From IMG/VR virus record IMGVR_UViG_3300027653_000025, positions 1 through 42,533 of that record: a DNA stretch of 42,533 bases; one strand, written 5' to 3'. A program made the position numbers and the translations under genes. The stretch is from a virus. Taxonomy: Duplodnaviria; Caudoviricetes. The notes beneath the pieces were generated by a model. The model did no database searches, was not told where the DNA came from, and saw nothing but the letters and a program-made list of their open reading frames with translations. Shown here one piece after another: positions 34,290 through 42,533 of the stretch. Positions within the stretch are counted from its first letter, which is position 1. Each line of letters starts with the position of its first letter.

Positions 34290-34958
34290 ATGACCGAAGG
34301 ATTTATGGCGATGCTCGAGAACAGCATCGATTTAGGCGGCACCTGTGAAACTGAGTTTCAGTTACAAAACTCATCGGGTACAAGCCAGATGTCGATACGC
34401 ACGGTATCGGACGGTTGGCAGGCGTCCGGCACGCAGCTGCAGCACGACCCTGTCGTCTGGCAGAATACGACCTCTAACAGCTACAGCGTGGCGCGTGTAC
34501 GCATCCGCGTGCGGACGGAGGGATCGACCGGCTTCGACTGGATGGACTTTGGCACGTTCAACCTGTCATCGGCAGTGACGGTGCAGGGCTACGCGCAGTT
34601 CACGCTCAACTACGTGCGTGTGACGTATGCGAATAGGCCCGGCCTGACGAATATCCTCTTGGAGGGGCTGAATCACAACCACTCCTACACGTGGCAAATT
34701 CGAGACGGCTCGTCAAGCTGGAAGACGCTCTCGGGCGGCCCGACCGGCGCAAACGTGCTCAGTGTGTCGGGGATGCAACTGCGGCGCACGACGCCGGTCC
34801 AGTACTGGACCAATACAGAGACGAGCAATTGGTCGATCCAGGCGGCGCGCGTCCGTATCGGCTCGAACACCGTCATTGAGGGCTCGATCAGCCCAGCCGT
34901 GTCGGTGCCAGTGAACGTTCGATTCCAACTCAACAGCATAACCGCAACGTACTCATGA
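34290..34958 (+). CDS. Structural protein with two tandem ~110 aa beta-rich domains
   Basis: Halves share SG.QL...PV..W.N...S...R.R...AV.V...F.LN...TY. Confidence 0.75.
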   Translation: MTEGFMAMLENSIDLGGTCETEFQLQNSSGTSQMSIRTVSDGWQASGTQLQHDPVVWQNTTSNSYSVARVRIRVRTEGSTGFDWMDFGTFNLSSAVTVQGYAQFTLNYVRVTYANRPGLTNILLEGLNHNHSYTWQIRDGSSSWKTLSGGPTGANVLSVSGMQLRRTTPVQYWTNTETSNWSIQAARVRIGSNTVIEGSISPAVSVPVNVRFQLNSITATYS

Positions 34959-35146
34959 CCGATAACCAGAGTCTGACGCAATCAGCGTCGTGCAGCGTGC
35001 GCATGATGACCGACGAAGAGATCACGCTCGCCTTACATGCCGAGGGTAAGTCGGAGGCGGAGATCCAGCAGGCCTTGCAAGAGGCGGCAGCGGCTCGCAT
35101 AAATTTTGCCGAGCGATACGAATCATTCGATGAGGAAGACCAATGA
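34955..35146 (+). CDS. Small acidic hypothetical protein
   Basis: 63 aa, ATGA overlaps on both sides. Confidence 0.6.
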   Translation: MTDNQSLTQSASCSVRMMTDEEITLALHAEGKSEAEIQQALQEAAAARINFAERYESFDEEDQ

Positions 35147-35307
35147 TGTGGATCATTCCGGCAGCAGCGCTGGCCATCATTATCACGCTATTCATCGTCA
35201 ACGCCAACAGGCGGAAGACCAGGCAGCCGGGCGGCTACGGCGGCGGCTACAGCGGCCACGATCCGGGGCGCAGCAAGCCTGACGACCGCGAGATTGAACC
35301 GAGGTAA
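35143..35307 (+). CDS. Small single-TM protein (absent from the ORF track)
   Basis: Manual translation MMWIIPAAALAIIITLFIVNANRRKTRQPGGYGGGYSGHDPGRSKPDDREIEPR. Confidence 0.6.
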   Translation: MMWIIPAAALAIIITLFIVNANRRKTRQPGGYGGGYSGHDPGRSKPDDREIEPR

Positions 35308-35338
35308 TGATGCCTGAGATCAAGCACACGCCGTCACC

Positions 35339-35950
35339 ATGAAATACCGTGAGACACATAGACCGACGCCCAACATCACGAAAGGCGTCGAGAATAAACG
35401 TGAGGGGGTGGTGTTTCACCACACGGCCGGTACGGCCGCCGGGGCAGTGGCGTGGCTCACAGACCGTGCATCGAAGGCATCAGCGCATGTCGTCATTGCC
35501 CGGACCGGCGACCGCACGACGCTGGCGGATGATACGGACGTAACGTGGCACGCCGGGCACGGCAAGTTCAGGGGCGTGAATCCGAACCTCGTCACGCTCG
35601 GCGTTGAGTTCGAACTGACTGTGCCACAGGTGAAAGCCGATGAGCCGCTGACCAAGGCCCAACTCGAAAGCATGATCGAGTGGCTACGTCCGAGGTGGAG
35701 TCGCTACGGCTGGACCATACATGATATGACGCATCATCGAGCGGTCGATCCGAAGCGCAAGATCGACCTGTCGGAGAAGAACTGGAGGCTCGTGCACGAT
35801 CGCATCGTGCGTGATCTGGTGCGGAACACGCCTAAGTGGCGCGTCGCTGTTGACGGCACGCAGATCGGGGCTTACCTCGATCCAACGCGGGCTGTCGCGG
35901 AAGCTGTGAGTAGCGATAACGCGCGTAAAATCGAAATCACGCGGATCTGA
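35339..35950 (+). CDS. Endolysin, N-acetylmuramoyl-L-alanine amidase (Amidase_2)
   Basis: VVFHHT, SAHVVI, WHAG, LGVE, H...P.RK.D. Confidence 0.92.
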   Translation: MKYRETHRPTPNITKGVENKREGVVFHHTAGTAAGAVAWLTDRASKASAHVVIARTGDRTTLADDTDVTWHAGHGKFRGVNPNLVTLGVEFELTVPQVKADEPLTKAQLESMIEWLRPRWSRYGWTIHDMTHHRAVDPKRKIDLSEKNWRLVHDRIVRDLVRNTPKWRVAVDGTQIGAYLDPTRAVAEAVSSDNARKIEITRI

Positions 35951-35973
35951 CCTTAAAACGCCGGAGGCCGTTT

Positions 35974-36393
35974 GTGCCGGACAAGAGCCAACCATCACAT
36001 GCATTGTCGACACCCGAGCGCCTCGCGCGCATCGAGGCGATCGTGGCAGCGCATCAGCGCGAGCAGACGCGGCAGGGCGACATCCTCGAGAAAATGTCGG
36101 ACATGCTGGGCGGCATATCCACCGCCTCACGCGACATCAACAAATTGACTGATGAGGTCAAGGCGCTCAACGTAGATTGGGGTTTGGCGATGCAGGAGTC
36201 GACGCGTGAGCGTCGCAAAATATGGGAGAGGATACACGAGGTGGAAAAGCAGCTGGGTGATAGAATCAGTAAGGCCGAGTCGGACATCCGCGACCTACGC
36301 ACCTACGCCAAGGCGTATGTCGCCGGTATCGCCGTGGCCGCGGGGGTACTGGCATTTGTAGGCAGTTTTGTTGCACAAATAATCGGAGGGTGA
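35974..36393 (+). CDS. Coiled-coil protein with C-terminal TM helix (lysis module)
   Basis: ERLARIE...; C-term YVAGIAVAAGVLAFVGSFVAQII. Confidence 0.7.
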   Translation: MPDKSQPSHALSTPERLARIEAIVAAHQREQTRQGDILEKMSDMLGGISTASRDINKLTDEVKALNVDWGLAMQESTRERRKIWERIHEVEKQLGDRISKAESDIRDLRTYAKAYVAGIAVAAGVLAFVGSFVAQIIGG

Positions 36394-36394
36394 C

Positions 36395-36637
36395 ATGCCA
36401 TATCAGCAATCATCGAAGGCGCCTACGCGCAAGGTACTGGCGCAGGCCATCGTCACGATCATCGCTTTCTTGCTCCTACGCCTGCTCGGGTGGGAGGTCG
36501 ACGTGGCGACGCAAAGCGCGCTGGCCATCATTCTGCAGGTGCTACTGGAGGGCGGCATTCCGACGACGTTAGGCTTTGCCGCGGCGTACATCTGGCCGCC
36601 AGCCAAGCGCGATGAAATCATACGGAGGCAGCCATGA
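36395..36637 (+). CDS. Putative holin
   Basis: 80 aa, two hydrophobic segments, charged C-term, near the endolysin. Confidence 0.65.
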   Translation: MPYQQSSKAPTRKVLAQAIVTIIAFLLLRLLGWEVDVATQSALAIILQVLLEGGIPTTLGFAAAYIWPPAKRDEIIRRQP

Positions 36638-37446
36638 CACACATCACAACGACAGGACGCATCCACACGCTGAGCGGCCACGTCTCATCGTCGCAGTACG
36701 TGCCGCGCGAACCGAGGCGGAGCACCACTCGCCGCGCGCTCACGTTTCTGGCCGGATTCGCGGTCGGCGTCATGCTGGCGTCGGCGCTCTTCGTGGCGAC
36801 GGCCGAGGCGCAAATGCGCATCGACGCGGGCTGGATGCAGAGCGCAGGCGAGATCGTCGCCGTGGACGCCGCGACGGGCGAGACGCTGGCCGTGGCGGAC
36901 AGAAGCGTTGAGACACCGTATCGATTTCGGTTTATCCAGCGAGAGTGCGCCGACCCGGCGATACCCGGCTCGTGCGAGCCATGCGCCTATTTTGATCCGT
37001 GCGTAGACCAGTTGGGCGGGGCATACATGGAGTTGCCGGATCGCGGCGAACCGTACCCGTTCGTGGTGCGGGCCGATCACACTGGTGCGACGCGCATCAA
37101 GATGATGACGGATCTTCGACGTGTGATTTCAGGGCCGGGTGAGCGACTCGCGCTTTCTGAGCCGCAGCCGCTACGCTACGCGGACGGCGACTACCATCTA
37201 CGTACGAGCGCGTGGTGGACGCCGTGGACGCAGGAGACAGATTTACGCGTCATGCTCGACTCTATCCACGCCCTCGCGCTGGAGCGCATGGCCCAAATTG
37301 ACGATCTCCGCGAGGCGCTGGCCGAGGCCGAGGCGGAGCGCGACGCGGCGCTTGCACGGGCTGAGCGAGTCGATGAGCTCGAGGCGACGCTCTCGGCTGT
37401 CCGCGAGCGTGCACAGGCGGCGTTGGATGTGCTCAGGCGGCGATGA
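36634..37446 (+). CDS. Membrane-anchored/exported protein with C-terminal coiled coil (i-spanin candidate)
   Basis: RRALTFLAGFAVGVMLASALFVATAEA; C-term heptads. Confidence 0.55.
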   Translation: MTHITTTGRIHTLSGHVSSSQYVPREPRRSTTRRALTFLAGFAVGVMLASALFVATAEAQMRIDAGWMQSAGEIVAVDAATGETLAVADRSVETPYRFRFIQRECADPAIPGSCEPCAYFDPCVDQLGGAYMELPDRGEPYPFVVRADHTGATRIKMMTDLRRVISGPGERLALSEPQPLRYADGDYHLRTSAWWTPWTQETDLRVMLDSIHALALERMAQIDDLREALAEAEAERDAALARAERVDELEATLSAVRERAQAALDVLRRR

Positions 37447-37595
37447 GGGCCGCGTTCATCATATCACTATTCGTACTGGCCGCGTGCGGCGAGGGCGTGC
37501 CCCTGCAGCCACCCGGCACGTGCGAAATCGTTGAAGGCCACCTCGAGGCGATCGTCGCCGAGGTGGACAGCGTTTTAATCCCAAAAGAGGTATAG
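37443..37595 (+). CDS. Small lipoprotein, o-spanin candidate (absent from the ORF track)
   Basis: Manual translation MRAAFIISLFVLAAC-GEGVPLQPPGTC... (50 aa); LAAC lipobox; ATGA overlap. Confidence 0.7.
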   Translation: MRAAFIISLFVLAACGEGVPLQPPGTCEIVEGHLEAIVAEVDSVLIPKEV

Positions 37596-37597
37596 CC

Positions 37598-37999
37598 ATG
37601 TCGTCTTTCTCTCCTTATCTCGAAAAGGCAGTACTGGACCACGTACTCGGCACGGCCGCGTTCACGGCGCCGAGCGCTGTATATGTAGCCCTTTCCAGCA
37701 CCGACCCCGGCGCGGACGGCAGCAGCATCACCGAGCCGACATATACAGGCTACGCCCGGCAGGAGGCGACTTTTAGTGCGGCGACGGGCGGCGACCCGAG
37801 CGAAGCAGTTAATGCGGAAGCGATCGAGTTTGGCGACCCTGACGCCGATGGGTCGATCTCGCACTTCGCCATTTACGACGCGGCGACGGGCGGAAACCTG
37901 CTAATCGCTGATGAACTATCGGCCGCCGTGAATTACCAGAGCGAGGTCGATAACCCGATCAGCTTTCCGGCGGGCTCGTTGAAGGTGACGATCCAATGA
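37598..37999 (+). CDS. Small beta-sandwich fibre subunit
   Basis: YLE..VLDH...YVAL...YARQ...HFAIYDAATGGNLL...FPAGSL pattern typical of small phage fibre proteins. Confidence 0.75.
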   Translation: MSSFSPYLEKAVLDHVLGTAAFTAPSAVYVALSSTDPGADGSSITEPTYTGYARQEATFSAATGGDPSEAVNAEAIEFGDPDADGSISHFAIYDAATGGNLLIADELSAAVNYQSEVDNPISFPAGSLKVTIQ

Positions 38000-38400
38000 C
38001 GCACACCCTTAAAGTGTGGCTCGAATTTGAGGACGCGGCGGCCGCAGCGGATGCGCTCGCGCAGATGCAGGCACGTGCCACGCTCACGCGCATCGTAGCT
38101 GCTGGCACAGAGGCCGAGCGGACGAGCTATGCGCGGCTGACCGATGACGACGGCGCTTTTGTTGGCGGCTTTTGGGTGGACACCTTCGGCATCGTCCGGC
38201 AGGGTGAGCCTGCCGCGCCGCCACGTGACTATCCGCTCTGGATACAGCCGACCGGCGCGCATGACGCCTACCCGGCCACGGATGCAGCCGGACGCCCGAC
38301 CCGCGTCGAGCATAATGGGCGCAACTGGCAGAATGCCCACGGCAACGGCAATATCTGGGAGCCGGGCTCATTTGGCTGGACGGATCTCGGGGAAGTCTAA
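37996..38400 (+). CDS. Protein with C-terminal CBM5/12-like carbohydrate-binding module
   Basis: WIQPTGAHDAY...VEHNGRNW...NIWEPG.FGW. Confidence 0.75.
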   Translation: MTHTLKVWLEFEDAAAAADALAQMQARATLTRIVAAGTEAERTSYARLTDDDGAFVGGFWVDTFGIVRQGEPAAPPRDYPLWIQPTGAHDAYPATDAAGRPTRVEHNGRNWQNAHGNGNIWEPGSFGWTDLGEV

Positions 38401-38684
38401 TGGCACGAGCGCTGCAAATACCCGAGCTGGCGGACGGCGGCTACTGGTACGTGGCACGTGTCGTCACGGACGAAGAGGGCGGCACCGGGCCTGATCTCAC
38501 TGCGCCGGGCTGGTGTGCGTGGTACGGCGAGGTACGTGGCACCTTCTACGCGGCCGTCCGCACGCCTGACATGGTAGACGTGGACGAGGCCCCGGTGACG
38601 GTCGCTGAGGTGCTGGCGGCGGCCTACGCCGACGGTACGATACCCAGCGAGGCGCGCCCCTACGGACGGATAGGAGGGAGGTAG
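38400..38684 (+). CDS. Hypothetical protein
   Basis: 94 aa, tightly packed. Confidence 0.65.
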   Translation: MARALQIPELADGGYWYVARVVTDEEGGTGPDLTAPGWCAWYGEVRGTFYAAVRTPDMVDVDEAPVTVAEVLAAAYADGTIPSEARPYGRIGGR

Positions 38685-41102
38685 ATGGCGCAATTTTACA
38701 CCGATTTTTCTGAGTACGACTCGGTCGCTACCGGCATATCGCTCCCTCACGGCGGAGGGCCACTGGTAATTGAGCCGTTTCCGGGATTCGCCGCCAATAT
38801 TGCGCTAAAGGCCGTAGGCGTAAAAGTCAGTACAATCACCCATCGTGCCGCTCGGCTCGCTGCAGGAGACGCGCTGGATGAGGATTGGCAGGAGGCGTAT
38901 GTAGAGGTTGCGGAAGAAAACACGACTATCGGCAGCACACGAGATTATGTAGGTGTAGGGCTACGTATCCAGTCAATAGAGGGCCGCATTCACGGCTACT
39001 ACGCAGCGCTCGGTAAGACAGATGGCGAGATGCGGGCCAAGGTCATTCGGTTGGACGGGGACACCCGAGTACAGCTGGGAGATGTCCCGACCGTTTACTC
39101 TGCAGGACAGGTACTGTGCATCCGAATGAGGGTCGCGGCCCTGAATGGGGCACAGCGGGTGTATGCGAGGTCGTGGTTAAAGGGGGTTGCAGAGCCCTCT
39201 ACATGGTCTATAGAGATAGCTGACGACACATACACGACCGGGTATGCCGCTCCGGTGTACCGTGATATAGATGATGGCGACGAGCGGCTATGGGGCGCCT
39301 TCGGCCTTGGCACCGACGGCGACCCCGCGCCGATGGAGCCGGTGGATGAGTTTAGCGACACGCCTGAGTACGAGGCGCACGTCTTAGCCGACAACCCGTA
39401 TCACTACTACCGCCTCAACGAGGGGACAGGGGACACCCTTGTTGATGCCGCCGGAGCGGGTGGTGGTACGCTTTACGGCGCCGAGCGCGTCGTACATGAG
39501 GGGCTTGGCCGCGCTCTACGCGTTGGCGAGGGGGTAGGGTATGCGCAGTATGCGACAGGCGAATTTTCGGCGGCGATCAGGGCCGGGGATGTGGTTGTCA
39601 TCGAGCTATGGGTACGTGGTCTCGTGGACAATGCGTCACAATATCTGGCGACGATCACCAACGAAAGCGGGGACACCGGTGTCGTGATCCTCAATGACTC
39701 TACCGGCGGTTTCATCTTCCAGTTCGCGTTCGGCGATAATGGCTATGTGTCGTATCTACATGAAAATGCGGTCGATCGGCATGGCCTCGATGATGGCGCG
39801 TGGCATCACGTCGCTGCTGTCTTGGACCCTGTCGCTCTGTCGGTCATGTGGATTATTGACGGGGCGCCCGATGATAGTCACGTGACTGCCCATCCCTATG
39901 GCAACCCATCGCAGATCGATCTGGCGAGCTTTACGCCTGAGTGGGGACACATGGGTGGTCTCGTTTCTGGTGATCCGCCAAATCCCTATTATGGCAGCCC
40001 GGTGGAGATTGATGAGCTGCTACTCGCGCCTTACGTATCTGTAGCGCGGATCACCGAGCGCTACCAGATCATCCACCCGCCCACCGAAGAGCCGATCCAC
40101 CTGTCCGCCGCGACCGCATCGATTACGGCAAGCATGGCGGCCTTGCAGCGTCGCGTGCGAATGGCAGGCGGTGCGGCGGCCTTGTCAAGTACCGAGGCGG
40201 GCGCGCGGCGCAGTATCCAGCTTCGGGCGGCGAGCGTGTCGCAGATCGGTGCTACGGGCATACTTGCGCGCAGCATAAACCTGTCGGCATCGAGCACCAC
40301 CACTACAACTTCGAACGCGCACCTTACGCGGCGTGCGCGCCTCGGCGCTACATCGGAGTCCGTATCAGCCGCCACAGGCACAATCGTGCGGCGCATCGAG
40401 CCAGCGGCCACAGCGGCGGCAAGCTCAGCCGCCACTGGTTCGGTCTCACGGACGGTGCACCTATCGGCGCAAAGTGTCACGACCACAGGCGCGAGCCTGC
40501 AGGTCAGTACGGCGATCCGTCTAAGGGCCACCGCTGCAGTTAAAACAGGGACGGACGCCGCGCTCACGCGGCAGGCATGGCCTACAGGCGCGGCGAGGGT
40601 TGACACATCGGCCGCCGCATCGCTCAATCGTGCCGTCCGCGTGTCCGGCGAGGGCGCGAGCCATACGGCGAGCGTTGGCGCTGTCTCTCGGTCTGTCCGG
40701 TTGTCGGCGATAAGCGCCACGGCGACTTCGGCAAGTCTGCAGGCCGACGCTTCGATCAGGCTCGCGGCCACGGCTACAGTGACGAGCTCGGCGTCGGCGG
40801 GGCTGCATCGGCGGGTGCAGCCTGTAAGCATCACTGAGGCCACATCCAGCACGTCAGGGGCTTTGGCTCGGCGCGTGCGGATGCGCTCGCGAGCGGACAT
40901 ACACACCGGCGCGGGCGCAGACGTGCTCAGAGCCGTCCGCGTGGCAGGCAGCACGAGGGCCGTGTCGGCGGCGCATGCGATCCTATCAGTCGGCGATCCC
41001 CTGCCCCACCCGACCACGCTCGGCGTCACGATTGAAGACATCTACACGCTCGGCGTCGCCGTCGAAGATATCTACACACTTGCGGCCATCATTGAGGACT
41101 GA
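38685..41102 (+). CDS. Fibre/adhesin-like protein: lectin-like and LamG/ConA domains plus fifteen 20-aa repeats
   Basis: LADNPYHYYRLNE, IELWV, DGAWHHVAAV, IDEL; repeats at 40095-40994. Confidence 0.8.
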   Translation: MAQFYTDFSEYDSVATGISLPHGGGPLVIEPFPGFAANIALKAVGVKVSTITHRAARLAAGDALDEDWQEAYVEVAEENTTIGSTRDYVGVGLRIQSIEGRIHGYYAALGKTDGEMRAKVIRLDGDTRVQLGDVPTVYSAGQVLCIRMRVAALNGAQRVYARSWLKGVAEPSTWSIEIADDTYTTGYAAPVYRDIDDGDERLWGAFGLGTDGDPAPMEPVDEFSDTPEYEAHVLADNPYHYYRLNEGTGDTLVDAAGAGGGTLYGAERVVHEGLGRALRVGEGVGYAQYATGEFSAAIRAGDVVVIELWVRGLVDNASQYLATITNESGDTGVVILNDSTGGFIFQFAFGDNGYVSYLHENAVDRHGLDDGAWHHVAAVLDPVALSVMWIIDGAPDDSHVTAHPYGNPSQIDLASFTPEWGHMGGLVSGDPPNPYYGSPVEIDELLLAPYVSVARITERYQIIHPPTEEPIHLSAATASITASMAALQRRVRMAGGAAALSSTEAGARRSIQLRAASVSQIGATGILARSINLSASSTTTTTSNAHLTRRARLGATSESVSAATGTIVRRIEPAATAAASSAATGSVSRTVHLSAQSVTTTGASLQVSTAIRLRATAAVKTGTDAALTRQAWPTGAARVDTSAAASLNRAVRVSGEGASHTASVGAVSRSVRLSAISATATSASLQADASIRLAATATVTSSASAGLHRRVQPVSITEATSSTSGALARRVRMRSRADIHTGAGADVLRAVRVAGSTRAVSAAHAILSVGDPLPHPTTLGVTIEDIYTLGVAVEDIYTLAAIIED

Positions 41103-41107
41103 CCATC

Positions 41108-41416
41108 ATGTTACACATAGACACGCGACGCATCGACGCGGGCGATACCAAGCGCATCACGCTGCGCCCTGAGCGTGCGGGAGAAACCGAACTATCAGCG
41201 CCCGCGCATCTCCGCCTCATCGTGCGAGAATACCGCCGCGATCCTGTCACATATAGCCTACATCCCGTCGGTCCAGAGCTGCCCATCACCGAGTCGGACG
41301 GCGCGTACTACGCCGACCATACGTTCGAGGCGAGCGGCCGCGCTCAGATCGACGCAGAGATGATCGATGCCACCGGTCGGCGCGAGCGAACGCGTGGGAC
41401 TATCGTCGTATATTGA
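41108..41416 (+). CDS. Small Ig-like structural protein
   Basis: 102 aa beta-rich, GDT...GAYYAD.TF..SG pattern. Confidence 0.55.
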   Translation: MLHIDTRRIDAGDTKRITLRPERAGETELSAPAHLRLIVREYRRDPVTYSLHPVGPELPITESDGAYYADHTFEASGRAQIDAEMIDATGRRERTRGTIVVY

Positions 41417-41637
41417 TGCAGCTCCAGCGCCCAGAGTCCCTGCCCTCGTGGTCGACCGAGGCGCGTTGTCTTGATGTGGCCGCGCTTGGCGTACAGGCGC
41501 TCGAAGTCGCGGAGCGCATCGCACGCGATGTGCAGGACGGCGGCGATGCGGACTCGGCGGTGCTCGAGCTCAAAAAGACACGGCTCAGGATGCGGATGCT
41601 TCTCGAAAAGGTGAGCCCCTATGCGAAGGCGAGGTGA
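41413..41637 (+). CDS. Hypothetical protein
   Basis: 74 aa helical ORF, coupled. Confidence 0.5.
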   Translation: MMQLQRPESLPSWSTEARCLDVAALGVQALEVAERIARDVQDGGDADSAVLELKKTRLRMRMLLEKVSPYAKAR

Positions 41638-41863
41638 CCGCATACCGCTGGACAGCCTACCGACGCGCTTTGACAAGATGGCGGAGGTCAAGCTCTGGCA
41701 CGTCCGCCGCGTGGTCGCGGACTCGGAGACGTGGGGTGAGGCCGCGAAGCGTCTCGGCATGACGACCAAGACCTTGTGGAGCTATCGAGGGCGACACCGA
41801 TTTAGTGAGCTTCCACAATCCGAGGCATCGAGGACAAAAGCTCTGAGGCGGCGCTATGCGTGA
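41621..41863 (+). CDS. Small Fis-like HTH protein
   Basis: HVRRVV...WGEAAKRLGMTTKTLWSYR. Confidence 0.65.
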   Translation: MRRRGDRIPLDSLPTRFDKMAEVKLWHVRRVVADSETWGEAAKRLGMTTKTLWSYRGRHRFSELPQSEASRTKALRRRYA

Positions 41864-42398
41864 TCTTGTCTTTGCTCTCGCGATGGCGATCGTTGGGCTC
41901 GTCATCGGCTGGCTCGTTTGGGGCCGCGTGCCGATGGGATCCGGGGCGGACGTCGACACGCTCTACGTCGAGCGCACGATCAGGGAGCGTGACACGGTGA
42001 CGGTGGACAGGCCGGTGACCCGCGTCATCTATGAGCGCCACACGGACACGGTGCGCGTCGAGGTGCCGGTGCCGGTGTGGCTGGATAGGATCGGTATCAT
42101 CAGCCCTACGCCGATCCGCATCGAAGGCCGCGACGTGCGACTCACTTGGTGGGACCCGGACTCGCTCAGGTGGCAGCAGGACATCTACACCGTACCCCGT
42201 CCGCGCTGGCGCTTCGTGCCCGCCTCCGTCAGCGCCTCAGCGCTCGTCCCAGGCGCGATCGCGCTCACGGCTGGGCCAAGCCTCACGCGTGGCGCGTGGA
42301 CGCTCTCAGCAGGCTACAGCGCGCTCGTGTGGCAGGGTGAGACCATGCACGGCGTGAGCGTGGGGGTCAGGTGGGAGCCTATTAGGCGGGAGTGGTAA
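41856..42398 (+). CDS. N-terminally membrane-anchored protein with DT-rich linker and C-terminal amphipathic beta strands
   Basis: TM 4-22; DTLY...RDTV...TDTVRV; C-term WTLSAGY...GVSVGVRW. Confidence 0.7.
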   Translation: MRDLVFALAMAIVGLVIGWLVWGRVPMGSGADVDTLYVERTIRERDTVTVDRPVTRVIYERHTDTVRVEVPVPVWLDRIGIISPTPIRIEGRDVRLTWWDPDSLRWQQDIYTVPRPRWRFVPASVSASALVPGAIALTAGPSLTRGAWTLSAGYSALVWQGETMHGVSVGVRWEPIRREW

Positions 42399-42457
42399 GC
42401 GCGAGCTCGAACCATCCAGAAATCCCGGATAGTTGCCGCGTCGCCTCAATAACCACG

Positions 42458-42500
42458 AATCCCCGCTCCGGCACGTCCAGGGCGGGGGTTTGCGCTTTTT
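42458..42500. terminator. Probable intrinsic terminator ending the late operon
   Basis: aatccccgctccgg...ccagggcgggggttt followed by a T run. Confidence 0.6.
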
Positions 42501-42533
42501 ATCGCGCGCGAGGCGCGATAACATGAGTTATGC

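Noticed and set aside
35307-35342. Mini-ORF MMPEIKHTPSP before the endolysin as a functional peptide
   Set aside because: 11 codons; at most a relic N-terminus or coupling device, not supportable
40061-41041. 326-aa minus-strand ORF
   Set aside because: Antisense shadow of the 20-aa repeat region
32177-41102. Diversity-generating retroelement or invertible fibre switch
   Set aside because: No reverse transcriptase or invertase; the repeats are in-frame protein repeats, not TR/VR pairs
1-42533. Integrase/intI, CI repressor, DNA polymerase, tRNA or rRNA genes
   Set aside because: No recognisable motifs in any ORF or intergenic region by eye; HMM and tRNAscan runs are needed to be certain

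Overview
A GC-rich, near-complete or complete tailed-phage (siphovirus-type) genome. No integrase, DNA polymerase, tRNA or CRISPR is recognisable. The left arm (1-9944, minus strand) holds many small genes, three integron attC sites flanking antisense gene cassettes with no intI, an MT-A70 methyltransferase, an HNH, a RusA-like resolvase and a translationally coupled nucleotide operon. That operon contains a PurZ (2-aminoadenine/Z-base synthesis, PurZ0-like), an adenylate-kinase-like NMP kinase and a nucleoside-deoxyribosyltransferase/dUTPase fusion, but no recognisable DatZ, MazZ or DpoZ. The right arm (plus strand) has small early genes, a YqaJ recombination pair, a lambda-O-like initiator with internal iterons, terminase, HK97-type head genes, tail genes with a -1 frameshift site, two repeat-protein fibre modules and a diderm-type lysis cassette. 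Seven promoters share one geometry: TGTGAAG-N4-TGTGAAG box, then -35, 17 bp, -10. The strongest novelty candidates are the non-canonical Z-base operon and the phage-borne inverted attC cassette array. All family assignments are by motif recognition by eye; no database search was run.
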